Shown here: piece after piece, positions 53,717 to 63,624 of the stretch
How the letters are laid out: each line of letters begins with the position of its first letter
Numbering within the stretch: the stretch's first letter is position 1
Assembly: GCA_963715595.1 (NCBI GenBank)
Contig: OY970255.1
Span: 2,450,842-2,514,841, forward strand
Source: an uncultured Actinomycetota bacterium
Lineage (GTDB): Bacteria; Actinomycetota; Actinomycetes; Actinomycetales; CAWJMD01
Direction: 5' to 3'
Length of the DNA stretch: 64,000 nucleotides
Notes under the pieces: model-generated
What the model was told of the DNA's origin: nothing
What the model saw: the letters and a program-made list of their open reading frames with translations, nothing else
Database searches by the model: none
Made by a program: the position numbers and the translations under genes

Positions 53717-54735
53717 GCGTCACCGCGGTCGCCGTCCCGGGCCTCGGCGAGGTGCGGGCCGGCGACGACCTCGCCGCCCTGGTGGCGGCCGCGCTCGCCG
53801 CCGCCGGTCTGGTGCTGCGCGACGACGACGTCGTGGTGGTGGCGTCCAAGGTGGTCGCCAAGGCCGAGGGGCGCACCGTCCCCGCCGCGACGCGCGAGCG
53901 CGAGATCGACGACGCGTCGGTGGCCGAGGTCGCCTCCCGCCGACTCCCGGACGGGCGCCGCACCCGGGTGGTGCGCACCCACCTGGGCCCGGTGCTCGCC
54001 GCCGCGGGCGTCGACGCCTCCGACGTGCCCGACGGCACCGTGCTCCTGCTGCCGGCCGACCCCGACGCGTCCGCCCGCGCGCTGCGCGCCCGGCTCGGCG
54101 AGCTCACCGGCGCCCGTCCGGCCGTGCTCGTGACCGACACCGCCGGACGCCCGTGGCGCGAGGGCGTCGCCGACTTCGCCCTCGGCGCGGCCGGGCTGGC
54201 CGTGCTCGACGACGCCCGCGGGCGCCTCGACGCGCACGGCCGCGCGCTCGAGGTGACGGTGCGCAACGTGGGCGACCAGGTCGCCGCGCTCGGCGACCTG
54301 GTCAAGGGCAAGGCGCTCGGCACCCCCGTCGCGGTCGTGAGCGGGCTGGGCGCCGCGGTCGTGCCCGACGACGGGCCCGGCGCCGCGGTGCTGGCGCGCG
54401 GACCTCGCGGCGACTGGTTCCGGCACGGGCACGTCGAGGCGGTGTGGCACGCGCTCGGGCTGGCCGCCGGCACCGACGAGGTGCCGGCGATCGACCCCGG
54501 CGCCGAGGGCAGGCCGCAGCGGCTGGCCCGCGCGCTGCGGATCGCGGTGCACGACCGGCTCGACGTGCAGGCCGTCGTCGAGCCCGACGGCGTCCGGCTG
54601 ACCGGCTCGCCCGTCGACGTCGGACGCGCGGCCGAGCGGCTCGCGGCGGCGCTGTGGGCCGAGGACGTGCCGGTCACGGGCACCACCACCGACGGCACCG
54701 CGGACGCGGCGTCGGTCGTCGTCCACCTCGGCTGA
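53713..54735 (+). CDS. cofE: Coenzyme F420-0:L-glutamate ligase (CofE domain) with a non-nitroreductase C-terminal region
   Basis: From GTG 53713, which overlaps the fbiA stop (GTGA), it reads ..VVVASKVVAKAEGR....GVDASDV....LLLPADPDASARALR......VLVTDTAGRPWREG..DFALG..G..... The protein is 340 aa. I do not see the nitroreductase-like domain of mycobacterial FbiB. Confidence 0.75.
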   Translation: MSVTAVAVPGLGEVRAGDDLAALVAAALAAAGLVLRDDDVVVVASKVVAKAEGRTVPAATREREIDDASVAEVASRRLPDGRRTRVVRTHLGPVLAAAGVDASDVPDGTVLLLPADPDASARALRARLGELTGARPAVLVTDTAGRPWREGVADFALGAAGLAVLDDARGRLDAHGRALEVTVRNVGDQVAALGDLVKGKALGTPVAVVSGLGAAVVPDDGPGAAVLARGPRGDWFRHGHVEAVWHALGLAAGTDEVPAIDPGAEGRPQRLARALRIAVHDRLDVQAVVEPDGVRLTGSPVDVGRAAERLAAALWAEDVPVTGTTTDGTADAASVVVHLG

Positions 54736-54738
54736 CCG

Positions 54739-55698
54739 TCAGGGCCGCGAGCGCAGGAACCTCGCCGGCGTGTGCGTCGGGAGGGTGATCCGCGGCGCCC
54801 GCCGAGGCCGGCGCGAGCCGGCCATCTCGAGCAGCCGCTGCACCCGGTAGCGGTGCCCCGCGTACCTGGCCACCACCTCGGCGCACGCGTCGTCGTCGAG
54901 CACCTCGCCGGTCAGCGACCACGACACGTCGCGGGCCACGTGGAAGTCGCCGAACGACATGGCGTCGGGGTCGCCGTGCGCGCGCTGGCGCACCTCGGCG
55001 GAGGTCCAGCGGCCGACGCCGGGCAGCGTCCGCAGCGCCGCGTCGGCGCGCTCGTGGCTGCCGCCGAGGGTGCGCTCCAGCCCGTGCGGCGAGCCCGCGC
55101 CGGCCAGCAGCGCGGAGCGGCGCTGGTGGTCGACGCCCGCGCCGAGCCAGGTCCAGCTCGGCACCCGCCGCCACGACGCCGCGGTCGGCGCGGTGCGCAT
55201 CCCGTGCGCCGGGCCGCCCGCCAGCGCCGGCGCCCCGGGCGCCGGCTCGCCGAACGCGAGCAGCAGCGCGCGCCAGCCCTTGGCCGCCTCCATCCCGGTG
55301 ACCCGCTGGTTCAGGCAGGCCAGGGCGAACGCGTCGAGCACCCGGCGGGTGCGCGGCACCCGCCACCCCGGCCGGGCCCGCCAGGCGCCGACCAGCACGG
55401 GGTGCTCGGCCGCCGGGACGAAGGCCTCCGGCTCGTCGCGCGCCCCCAGCAGCTCGGGGACGCCGTCGAGCAGCCACCCGGCACCCTCGCCCCACGCCGC
55501 GGCGACCACCACGCCCTCGGAGGGGCGGGCGCGCAGGCGCAGCAGACCGGTGCCGTCGGGGGTGGTGGTCGCCCACCAGTGGGTGCCGTCGGCGTCGACG
55601 CGCCAGGACGGGTCACCGCGTCCGCACCGGAGCGCGGCCAGGGTGGCGCCGACGTCGAGCCGGTGCCCCGGCCGGTACGTCCGCTCGCCGCCGTCCAC
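54739..55698 (-). CDS. DNA-3-methyladenine glycosylase II (AlkA/HhH-GPD) family
   Basis: The sequence is ..ACLNQRVTGMEAAKGWRALLLAFGE......LRTLPGVGRWTSAEVRQRAHGDPDAMSFGDFHV... The listed ORF 54739..56784 was trimmed to GTG 55698. Confidence 0.7.
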   Translation of the reverse strand: MDGGERTYRPGHRLDVGATLAALRCGRGDPSWRVDADGTHWWATTTPDGTGLLRLRARPSEGVVVAAAWGEGAGWLLDGVPELLGARDEPEAFVPAAEHPVLVGAWRARPGWRVPRTRRVLDAFALACLNQRVTGMEAAKGWRALLLAFGEPAPGAPALAGGPAHGMRTAPTAASWRRVPSWTWLGAGVDHQRRSALLAGAGSPHGLERTLGGSHERADAALRTLPGVGRWTSAEVRQRAHGDPDAMSFGDFHVARDVSWSLTGEVLDDDACAEVVARYAGHRYRVQRLLEMAGSRRPRRAPRITLPTHTPARFLRSRP

Positions 55699-55752
55699 CC
55701 GGCCAGGGTGCCACCCGCCGTGGCACCCCGACCCGTTGCCTAGACTGCGCCC

Positions 55753-56475
55753 GTGGCGAACAAGAAGAAGGAGACCGCCGACCGGGCGGCCAAGATCGAG
55801 CAGATGCGTGCCGCCCAGGCCGCCAAGGAGCGCCGCCGCACCCTGCTGGTGGCCGGCGCCGCGACCACGATCGTCGCCGTCCTGGTCGTCCTGGTGGTCG
55901 TGGTGGTCCTCGACTTCCGCCGCAACAACCCCGACGAGCTGCCGCTGATCGGCGTCGCCGCGGGCGAGGCCGACTGCGACCCCGTCGCCGAGGACGACGC
56001 GGCGGGCGACGACGTGAGCAACCACGTCGGCCCGGGCACCCCGTCGGCCGACGTCGACGTCGTCGAGTACGAGACCGTCCCGCCGTCGTACGGCCCGCAC
56101 TACGCCTCGCCGCAGTACCCGGCCGCGCCGTTCTACTCCGCCGACGACCGGCCGCGGATGGAGAACCTGGTCCACAACCTCGAGCACGGCTACACCGTGG
56201 TCTGGTACGCCGAGGACCTCCCGCAGGCCGAGGTCGACCAGCTCGAGCAGATCGCCGGCATCGCCCGCGACGACGACGCCACCGGCGGCAAGTTCATCGT
56301 CAGCGCCTGGGACGACGCCTACGGCGAGCTGCCCGAGGGCAAGCAGGTCGCGCTGTCGCACTGGGCCGCCGAGAGCGGCCACCGCCAGCTGTGCGGCTCG
56401 GTCTCCGGCGAGGTCGTCGAGACCTTCATCACCGACTTCCCCGCCTCGGACTCCCCCGAGCCCAACGGCGCCTGA
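55753..56475 (+). CDS. DUF3105 membrane-anchored protein
   Basis: The sequence is VANKKKETADRAAKIEQMRAAQAAKERRRTLLVAGAATTIVAVLVVLVVVVVL...PPSYGPHYASP....VHNLEHGYTVVWY. Confidence 0.75.
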   Translation: MANKKKETADRAAKIEQMRAAQAAKERRRTLLVAGAATTIVAVLVVLVVVVVLDFRRNNPDELPLIGVAAGEADCDPVAEDDAAGDDVSNHVGPGTPSADVDVVEYETVPPSYGPHYASPQYPAAPFYSADDRPRMENLVHNLEHGYTVVWYAEDLPQAEVDQLEQIAGIARDDDATGGKFIVSAWDDAYGELPEGKQVALSHWAAESGHRQLCGSVSGEVVETFITDFPASDSPEPNGA

Positions 56476-56479
56476 CGCG

Positions 56480-57130
56480 GTGCCTGACGTCCGGACCCTG
56501 CTCGGCGCCCTCGAGCGCGACGACCCCGGCCGGCCGCGGCTGACCTGGTACGGCCCGCTCGCGGGCGAGGGCGCCGGCGAGCGGATCGAGCTGTCGGCGC
56601 GCGTGCTGCGCACCTGGGTCGCCAAGACCGTCGGGCTGCTGCAGGACGAGCTCGACGTCGAGCCCGGCAGCACGGTGCACCTGCACCTGCCGGGGCACTG
56701 GAAGTCGCTGGTCTGGGTGCTCGCCTGCTGGGCCGCCGGCGCCGACCTGGTCGCGCCGGGCGAGCCCGCCGACGTCGTGGTCACGGCCGACCCGGAGGCC
56801 GCCGACGCGGACCCGTCGGCCCTGCTGGTCGTCGTCGCGCTGCCGTCGCTGGCCCGGTCGTGGGCGGGCGCGCTCCCCCCGGGGGCGATCGACTACGCCG
56901 CGGTGGTCACCGGGTTCGCCGACGACCTGCCGCCCGGTCTGCCCTCCGCCACGCTGCCCGCGCCCGCGTCCGTCGCGGCGGGCACCCGTGCCCTGCTCGA
57001 CGCCCGCGACCGCGACCCGGTCGGCCTGGCGGTCGAGGCGCTCGGCCCGCTGGCCGTCCTCGGCTCGGTGGTGGTGGCGGCCCGCGAGCTGTCCCCCGAC
57101 GAGCGGGCGTCCGAGCGCGTCAGCGGCTGA
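56480..57130 (+). CDS. TIGR03089-family protein (conserved actinobacterial, cell-wall locus associated)
   Basis: The sequence is ..GRPRLTWYGP..GERIELSARVLRTWVAKTVGLLQDELDVEPGSTVHLHLPGHWKSLVWVLACWAAGA.. Confidence 0.6.
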   Translation: MPDVRTLLGALERDDPGRPRLTWYGPLAGEGAGERIELSARVLRTWVAKTVGLLQDELDVEPGSTVHLHLPGHWKSLVWVLACWAAGADLVAPGEPADVVVTADPEAADADPSALLVVVALPSLARSWAGALPPGAIDYAAVVTGFADDLPPGLPSATLPAPASVAAGTRALLDARDRDPVGLAVEALGPLAVLGSVVVAARELSPDERASERVSG

Positions 57131-57977
57131 CCGGCTCCAGCTCGCCCTCGCGGGCGGCCTGCGCCAGGGCCTCGCGCCAGCCCCGCATCGGACCCAGCCC
57201 GGTGCCCGTCCAGCCGCCGTGCCCGAGCACCGAGTACGCCGGACGCGGCGCGGGGCGGGCGAGGACCGACGACGGCACCGGACGCACCCGGCCCGGGTCC
57301 TCGCCCACCAGCTCCAGCACCGCCCGGGCGAGGTCGTCGCGGGCCACCTCGCCGCCGTTGGTCGCGTGGTAGGTGCCCGGCGGCACGTCGAGGCGCACGA
57401 CGTCGACGACGCGCTGCGCCAGGTCGCGCACCCAGGTGGGCTGGCCCCGCTCGTCGTGGACGACGTCGAGCGGCCCCTCGCGCCGCGCCAGGCCGCGGAT
57501 CGTCGCCGGGAAGCCGCGTCCGCGTCCGTAGACCCAGGCCGTGCGCAGCACCCACGCGTGCGCCCCCGAGGCCCGCACCGCCTGCTCGCCGGCCGCCTTG
57601 GTGCGCCCGTACGCGGTGCGCGGCGCCGTCGGGGCGTCCTCGGCGTAGGGGGTGCCGGCACCGCCGTCGAAGACGTAGTCGGTCGACACGTGCACCAGCC
57701 GCGCGCCGTGCCGGGCGCAGGCGCCCGCGAGCAGACCCGGGGCCACGGCGTTCGCCGCGCGGGCGGCGGCCTCGTCGTCCTCGGCGGCGTCGACGGCCGT
57801 GTAGGCCGCCGCGTTCACCACGACGTCGCGGCCCGCGACGGCCGCCTCGACGGCGGCGGGGTCGGTGACGTCGAGGTCGGCCCGCGCGAGGGCGCGGACG
57901 TCCTCACCCGGCCCCAGCAGCCGCACCACCTCGGCCCCGAGCAGACCGGCGGCGCCGGTGACGAGCCAGCGGGTCAT
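57120..57977 (-). CDS. rmlD: dTDP-4-dehydrorhamnose reductase
   Basis: The sequence is MTRWLVTGAAGLLGAEV...VVVNAAAYTAVDAAEDDE..A.AANAVAPG.LA......GARLVHVSTDYVFDG....PY.ED....P..AYGRTKAAGE... Its ATG overlaps the wbbL stop (ATGA). Confidence 0.9.
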   Translation of the reverse strand: MTRWLVTGAAGLLGAEVVRLLGPGEDVRALARADLDVTDPAAVEAAVAGRDVVVNAAAYTAVDAAEDDEAAARAANAVAPGLLAGACARHGARLVHVSTDYVFDGGAGTPYAEDAPTAPRTAYGRTKAAGEQAVRASGAHAWVLRTAWVYGRGRGFPATIRGLARREGPLDVVHDERGQPTWVRDLAQRVVDVVRLDVPPGTYHATNGGEVARDDLARAVLELVGEDPGRVRPVPSSVLARPAPRPAYSVLGHGGWTGTGLGPMRGWREALAQAAREGELEPVSR

Positions 57978-58873
57978 CGCCGGCGCGCCGGCGCTGCGCC
58001 CAGCCCGATGCGGCCCACCACCCGGCTGGCGGCGTACCGGGCACCGAGCCCGAGCCGCAGGGCCCAGCGCACCGGCGCCTGCCAGGGACGCGGGTAGCGG
58101 CGGGTGGTGTAGCGGATCGCGCTCGCGTGGTGGGCCTTGATCATGATCGCCGGCTGGTCGCGCCAGGAGTGGCCGCCGACGTGGGTGACCGGCACCGACG
58201 GCACGTACACGCACTCCCACCCCGCCCGGCCGAGGCGCTCGCACAGGTCGACGTCCTCGAAGAACATGAAGTACGACGGGTCGAAGCCGCCGACCTGCTC
58301 GAAGGCCTCGCGGCGCAGCAGCAGGCACGAGCCCGACAGCCAGCCCACGGGCCGCTCGACCAGCGGCCCCTTCTCCTGCCGGTAGGCCGCGGTCCACGGG
58401 TTGGTCGGCCACCACCAGCCGAGGAGGGCGTGGCCCACGCCGGTGCCGAGCGTCGGCAGGGCCCGGGCGGACGGGTAGACCTCGCCCTCGGGCGTGTACA
58501 GGCCCGGGCCGAGCACCGCCGCCCGCGGCCACCGGTCGGCGGCGTCGACGAGGGCGTCGAGCGAGCCCGGCGTCCACACCACGTCGGGGTTGGCGACCAC
58601 CAGCCACTCGCCCGTGGCGCCCTCGGCGCCCTGGTTGGCGGCGGCGCCGTAGCCGAGGTTGCCGCCGGTGACGTGCAGCCGGGCGCGGCCGGCGGCGGCC
58701 GCCGCCTCGGGCACGCCGTCGGTGGACCCGTTGTCGGCCATCACGACCTCGTGCGGGCGCTGCGTCGCGGTCTCCAGCGAGTCGAGGAAGTCGGCGAGCG
58801 AGTCGCCCGGCGAGTAGGTCACGGTCACCACCCGCAGCGGCCCGCTCACGTCGCCGCTCACGTCGTCGCTCAC
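57974..58873 (-). CDS. wbbL: GT2 rhamnosyltransferase (WbbL-type, arabinogalactan-linker-like)
   Basis: It is collinear by eye with M. tuberculosis WbbL1: VTYSPG...ADNGSTDG...GGNLGYGAA.N......VVANPDVVW.PGS.DAL.DAA.RWPRA..LGP......G.VYPSAR..P......HA.LG..WP.NPWT.AYRQE......PVGWLSGSCLL.RR.AF..VGGFD..YFM..EDVDL..RLG.AGW..VYVPS. Confidence 0.8.
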   Translation of the reverse strand: MSDDVSGDVSGPLRVVTVTYSPGDSLADFLDSLETATQRPHEVVMADNGSTDGVPEAAAAAGRARLHVTGGNLGYGAAANQGAEGATGEWLVVANPDVVWTPGSLDALVDAADRWPRAAVLGPGLYTPEGEVYPSARALPTLGTGVGHALLGWWWPTNPWTAAYRQEKGPLVERPVGWLSGSCLLLRREAFEQVGGFDPSYFMFFEDVDLCERLGRAGWECVYVPSVPVTHVGGHSWRDQPAIMIKAHHASAIRYTTRRYPRPWQAPVRWALRLGLGARYAASRVVGRIGLGAAPARRR

Positions 58874-59997
58874 CGGGCCACCCGCGCGAGCAGGTCGAGG
58901 TGCGCCCGCGCGCACCGGTCCCAGGTGAAGGTGCGGGCCCGCTCCAGCGCCGCCGCGCCGAGCGCCTCGCGCCGGGCGGGGTCGCCGACCAGCCGGGTCA
59001 GCCCGGCCGCGACCGACGCCGGGTCGGGCTCGCAGTAGGCGACGGCCTCGCCGCCGACCTCGGGCAGCGCGAGCCGGCGGGTGGTGAGCACGGAAGCCCC
59101 GCACGCCATCGCCTCGAGCACCGGCAGCCCGAAGCCCTCGCCGAGCGAGGGGTACGCGACGACCGCCGCGCCGGTGAACAGCGCCCGCAGGTCGTCCTGG
59201 GGCAGGTAGCCGGGACGCACCACGCGCAACCCGGCGGGAAGCCCGGTCAGCTCGGCGTCGAGGCCGCGGTCCCACCCCGCGCCACCGGCGAGCACGAGCG
59301 GCGGCGGGTCGGTGGCGTCGCGGAAGGCGTGCACCCAGCCGCGGACGAGTCCGACCAGGTTCTTGCGGGGCTCGAGGGTGCCGAGGAAGGCGACGTACCC
59401 GCCCGGCGCCAGCTCGTGGGTGGCGGCGAACCGGGCCACGTGGTCCGGGCCGGCGGGACGGAAGACGTCGAGGTCGACCCCGTGCGGCACGACCTCGACC
59501 CGACGGGGGTCGGCACCCGCCCAGCGCACCAGCTCGTCCCGGGTCGCCTGCGACGGCACCACGCACGCGTCGGCGACGTGCAGCGCGGTGCGGGTGGCGG
59601 CGCGGAAGAACCGCGCCTTGACGGGCAGGTGCACGCCGGGGTCGGAGAAGAAGGTGGCGTCGTGCAGGGTCACCACGCGCGGCAGCCGCGCGGGCAGGCT
59701 GGTCGTGTAGTGCGGCGACAGCAGCACGTCGGCGCGGGTGCGGGCCGCGAGCGCGGCCAGACCGGTCTGCTCCCACGCCATCCGCACCGGACGGCGCTCG
59801 AGCGCGGCGGGCACCTCGTGCACGGCCGCCCCGGGGGCCAGCCGCCCCCACACCTCGCGGTCGCGGGGCTGCGCCGCCACCAGCACCCGCGCGCCCAGCC
59901 GGTCGAGCCCGGCGACCACGTTGTCGAGGTAGCGCCCCACGCCACCGCGGTCCTGCGGGACGGCGGTGGCGTCCACGAGGATCCGGGGGGCGTCCAC
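58870..59997 (-). CDS. GT4-family glycosyltransferase
   Basis: The sequence is ..RILVDATAV..DRGGVGRY......TLHD..F......FLGTLEPRKN......AYPSLGEGFGLPVLEAMACG..V... I placed the start at GTG 59997. Its stop overlaps the wbbL start (GTGA). Confidence 0.8.
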   Translation of the reverse strand: MDAPRILVDATAVPQDRGGVGRYLDNVVAGLDRLGARVLVAAQPRDREVWGRLAPGAAVHEVPAALERRPVRMAWEQTGLAALAARTRADVLLSPHYTTSLPARLPRVVTLHDATFFSDPGVHLPVKARFFRAATRTALHVADACVVPSQATRDELVRWAGADPRRVEVVPHGVDLDVFRPAGPDHVARFAATHELAPGGYVAFLGTLEPRKNLVGLVRGWVHAFRDATDPPPLVLAGGAGWDRGLDAELTGLPAGLRVVRPGYLPQDDLRALFTGAAVVAYPSLGEGFGLPVLEAMACGASVLTTRRLALPEVGGEAVAYCEPDPASVAAGLTRLVGDPARREALGAAALERARTFTWDRCARAHLDLLARVAR

Positions 59998-60090
59998 GGG
60001 CGACCACTCTAGGCACCCACTCCCGGCCCCCCGTTCGTGTGGCCCGGGCACGTCCTGGCCCGCCGTCGCGCGCGGCTAGGCTCCCCGGCC

Positions 60091-60873
60091 ATGGACAAGG
60101 TGGTTCTGAGCGCGGCCGAGGCCGTGGCCGACGTGCCCGACGGCGCGTCGCTGGCGGTCGGGGGCTTCGGCCTGTGCGGCATCCCGTCGGTGCTGATCGG
60201 GGCCCTGCTCGAGCAGGGCGCGGGCGACCTGGAGGCGTTCAGCAACAACTGCGGCGTCGACGGGTGGGGCCTGGGCGTGCTGCTCGGCGCCGGCCGGCTG
60301 CGGCGGATGGTGTCGTCGTACGTCGGGGAGAACAAGGAGTTCGCCCGCCAGTACCTGTCCGGCGAGCTCGAGGTCGAGCTGACCCCGCAGGGGACCCTGG
60401 CCGAGCGGCTGCGCGCGGGCGGGTCGGGCATCGCGGCGTTCTTCACCCCCACCGGTGTCGGCACCCAGGTCGCCGACGGCGGGCTGCCCTGGCGCTACGA
60501 CGCGCACGGCGAGGTCGTGGTCGCCTCCCCGCCCAAGCAGACGCAGACCTTCGAGGTCGACGGCAAGCCGCGCGAGTTCGTGCTGGAGACCGCGCTGACC
60601 GCGGACTTCGCCCTGGTGCGGGCCTGGAAGGGCGACCGGCACGGCAACCTCGTCTACCGCTCCTCGGCCCGCAACTTCAACCCGCTCGCCGCGATGGCCG
60701 GACGCGTCACCGTCGCCGAGGTCGAGGAGCTGGTCGAGCCCGGCGAGCTCGACCCCGACCACGTCCACACCCCCGGGGTGTTCGTGCACCGCGTGGTGCC
60801 GCTGACCCCCGAGCAGGCCGGCGACAAGCGGATCGAGAAGAGGACGACCCGTCCCCGCCCGGAGGAGAGCTGA
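60091..60873 (+). CDS. scoA: 3-oxoacid CoA-transferase subunit A
   Basis: The sequence is [43 protein letters not shown]...[15 protein letters not shown]...[35 protein letters not shown]. Confidence 0.9.
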   Translation: MDKVVLSAAEAVADVPDGASLAVGGFGLCGIPSVLIGALLEQGAGDLEAFSNNCGVDGWGLGVLLGAGRLRRMVSSYVGENKEFARQYLSGELEVELTPQGTLAERLRAGGSGIAAFFTPTGVGTQVADGGLPWRYDAHGEVVVASPPKQTQTFEVDGKPREFVLETALTADFALVRAWKGDRHGNLVYRSSARNFNPLAAMAGRVTVAEVEELVEPGELDPDHVHTPGVFVHRVVPLTPEQAGDKRIEKRTTRPRPEES

Positions 60874-60874
60874 G

Positions 60875-61510
60875 ATGGCGCTGACCCGTGACCAGATGGC
60901 CGCCCGGGCCGCCGCCGAGCTGTCCGACGGCGACTACGTCAACCTCGGCATCGGCCTGCCGACGCTCGTGCCCAACCACGTGCCCGACGACGTCGAGCTC
61001 GTGCTGCAGTCCGAGAACGGGCTGCTGGGCGTGGGGGCGTACCCGGTCGACGGCGACGAGGACCCCGACCTGATCAACGCCGGCAAGGAGACCGTCACGC
61101 TGCGTCGCGGCGCCAGCGTGTTCGACTCGGCCACCAGCTTCGGGATGATCCGCGGCGGCAAGATCGACGCCGCCATCCTCGGCGCGATGCAGGTCTCGGC
61201 CGCCGGCGACATCGCCAACTGGATGATCCCCGGGAAGATGGTCAAGGGCATGGGCGGGGCGATGGACCTCGTCCACGGCGCCCGCACGGTGATCGTGCTG
61301 ATGGAGCACGTCGCCCGCGACGGCTCGCACAAGATCGTGCCCGAGTGCACGCTGCCCTACACCGGCCGCGGCGTCGTCCAGCGCATCATCACCGACCTCG
61401 CCGTCATCGACGTCACCCCCACCGGCCTGGTCCTGCGCGAGCTCGCCGACGGCGTCACCCTCGACGAGGTCCGGGAGAAGACCGGCCCCCCGCTCGCCGA
61501 CGGGCGCTGA
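60875..61510 (+). CDS. scoB: 3-oxoacid CoA-transferase subunit B
   Basis: The sequence is ..[29 protein letters not shown]....[12 protein letters not shown]....[11 protein letters not shown]...GAS.FDSA.SF.MIRGG.ID...LGAMQV...[20 protein letters not shown]. Confidence 0.9.
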   Translation: MALTRDQMAARAAAELSDGDYVNLGIGLPTLVPNHVPDDVELVLQSENGLLGVGAYPVDGDEDPDLINAGKETVTLRRGASVFDSATSFGMIRGGKIDAAILGAMQVSAAGDIANWMIPGKMVKGMGGAMDLVHGARTVIVLMEHVARDGSHKIVPECTLPYTGRGVVQRIITDLAVIDVTPTGLVLRELADGVTLDEVREKTGPPLADGR

Positions 61511-61575
61511 CCCGTTCGGGCGCATCCGCCCGGTTGTCACCACGCGTCACCCCGCGGTTACCTACCGTGAAGACC

Positions 61576-63592
61576 ATGGTGCTCAGAAGGCCGCTGGCCG
61601 TAGCGGTGGCGTGCGCGGTCGTGGTCGGTGGCGCGTCGGCGGCGCAGGCGAGCGACGCCGCCCCCGCCGGGCTGTGCCCGTCCGCGCAGGAGGTCTGCGC
61701 GCTCGTGGTCGAGGTCGACCCGGGCGCCGTGGGCGAGGTGCTCGACGACGTCCGCGACGCCGACGCGTCGGCGGCCGAGCCCGTCGGGCCCGACGCCCTC
61801 GGCGTGCGCGCCGACGGCGCCGACGCGGCCGCGGTGCTGCAGGCGCTGCGCCGCGCACCGGGCGTGCGCGAGGTCCGCGTCGACCCCGTGCTCGAGCTCG
61901 CCGCCCTGCCGTCCGACACGTACCTGCCCCAGCAGCGCGAGTACCTCGACCCCGTCCGCCTGCCCGCGCTGTGGGAGACCGGCCGGGCCGACGGGCAGCT
62001 GGTCGCGGTCGTCGACAGCGGGGTCGACGACACCCACCCCGAGCTGGCCGGACGCGTGGTCGACCGGTTCGACGCCACCACCGGCGCGGCCTCGGCGGTC
62101 GACCTCGACGGGCACGGGACGATGGTGGCGTCGGTCGCCGCCGCGAGCACCGACAACGGCCTGGGCATCGCCGGCAGCGGCTGGGGGGCCCACCTGCTCG
62201 CCGCCAAGGTCGAGGACGTCAACGGCGACATCTACGCCTCGGCCGTGGCGTCGGCGGTGCGCTGGAGCACCGAGCAGGGCGCCGACGTCATCAACATCAG
62301 CCTCGGCGGCCCGGTCGGCGACCCGCTGCTGCGCGCGGCGGTCGAGGACGCGCACGCCGCCGGCGTGCTGGTCGTCGCCTCGGCCGGCAACGACGGCACC
62401 ACCTCCCTCAACTACCCGGCCGCGTACCCGACGGTCCTGGCGGTGGGGTCGACGACGCGCGACGGCGCCGCCCGCAGCCACTTCAGCCAGTACGGCGCGT
62501 GGGTCGACGTCGCGGCACCGGGCGAGGAGCTGGTCGCCGCGTACCCGGGCGGCGGGTACGTCCTCGCCGACGGCACCTCGTTCAGCTCCCCCCTCGTCGC
62601 GGGCGCGGCCGCCGTGCTGCGCGCAGGCCGTCCGGACGCCACCCCGGCGCAGGTCGCGGCGGCCCTGACCACGACCGCCCGCGCCACGCCCGCCGGCTTC
62701 GGCAGCGGGCTGGTCGACGTCGCGTCCGCGGCCGACGCCCTGGTACCGGGCGGAGCGTGCCTGCCGCCGCACGCCGCCGTCTCCGGCGCGCTGCGCGCCG
62801 ACGGCACCACCGCGCGGGCCTGGCGTGACGCCGCGACCGGCGGCGTCCGCGTGCAGCTGGTCGGCGCCGACGGTGTCCGCGGGCCCGTGGAGAACGCGGG
62901 AGGAGCGCTGCTCGGCATCCCGTCGGTGGCCTGGCGCGGTGACGGCTCGCTCGAGATCGCCGGGCGAGGCACCAACGGGATCCTGTACCTGCGCAACCGC
63001 GCCGCCGCCGGCACCTACGGCCCCTGGACGAACTTCGGTGCCCGCCTGACCGCGCGGCCGGAGCTCACCTCCCGCCCGGACGGCGGCGTCGACGTGCTGC
63101 TGCGCGGCGGCGACGGCGCGCTGCACCTGCACGCGTCGACCCGGGTCGGCGCCTACGGCGCGCGGGTGGGCGTCGGCGGGGCGCTGCTGGCCGGGTCCGG
63201 CCCGGCCGCGTCGTACGACTCCGCCGGCCGCCTCGTGGTGGCCGTCGTCGGCACCGACCGCTCCCTCTGGGTGCGGGCGCGCACGGGGTCGGCCTGGACC
63301 CCGTGGCGCAAGGGCGGGGGCGTCCTGACCGGTGACGTCGACGCCGCGGCGCCGGGCGGCGCCGTGCAGGTCGCCGGGCTCGGCACGAACGCCTCGGTCT
63401 ACGCCCTCGGCGTGCGCGTCGACGCCACCGCGACCGCGTGGACGCGCGTCACGGGGCCGGACGTCGGTGAGCTCGCCGGCGCTGGCCGGCCGCGACGGCC
63501 AGGGCTTCCTGCTCGCCACCACCCGCGCGGGCCAGGTGCACAGCGCGGCCTGGGACGGGCGGACCTTCTCGGGCTGGGCGCCGCGCTGCTGA
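61576..63592 (+). pseudogene. Secreted S8 (subtilisin-like) peptidase fused to a repeat (beta-propeller-like) C-terminal domain, with one frameshift near the 3' end
   Basis: A signal peptide is present (MVLRRPLAVAVACAVVVGGASAAQA). The catalytic triad context is VAVVDSGVDDTHPEL, DGHGTMVA and GTSFSSPLVAGAAA. Five or six ~45-aa repeats with ..G....W..W...GG.L follow. The last repeat continues in ORF 63332..63592 (..SSPALAGRDGQGFLLATTRAGQVHSAAWDGRTFSGWAPRC*) after a shift near 63455. An alternative start is GTG 61567. Confidence 0.8.
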
Positions 63593-63624
63593 TCGGTCCG
63601 CACGGCGGACGCTAGCCTTCGGCC

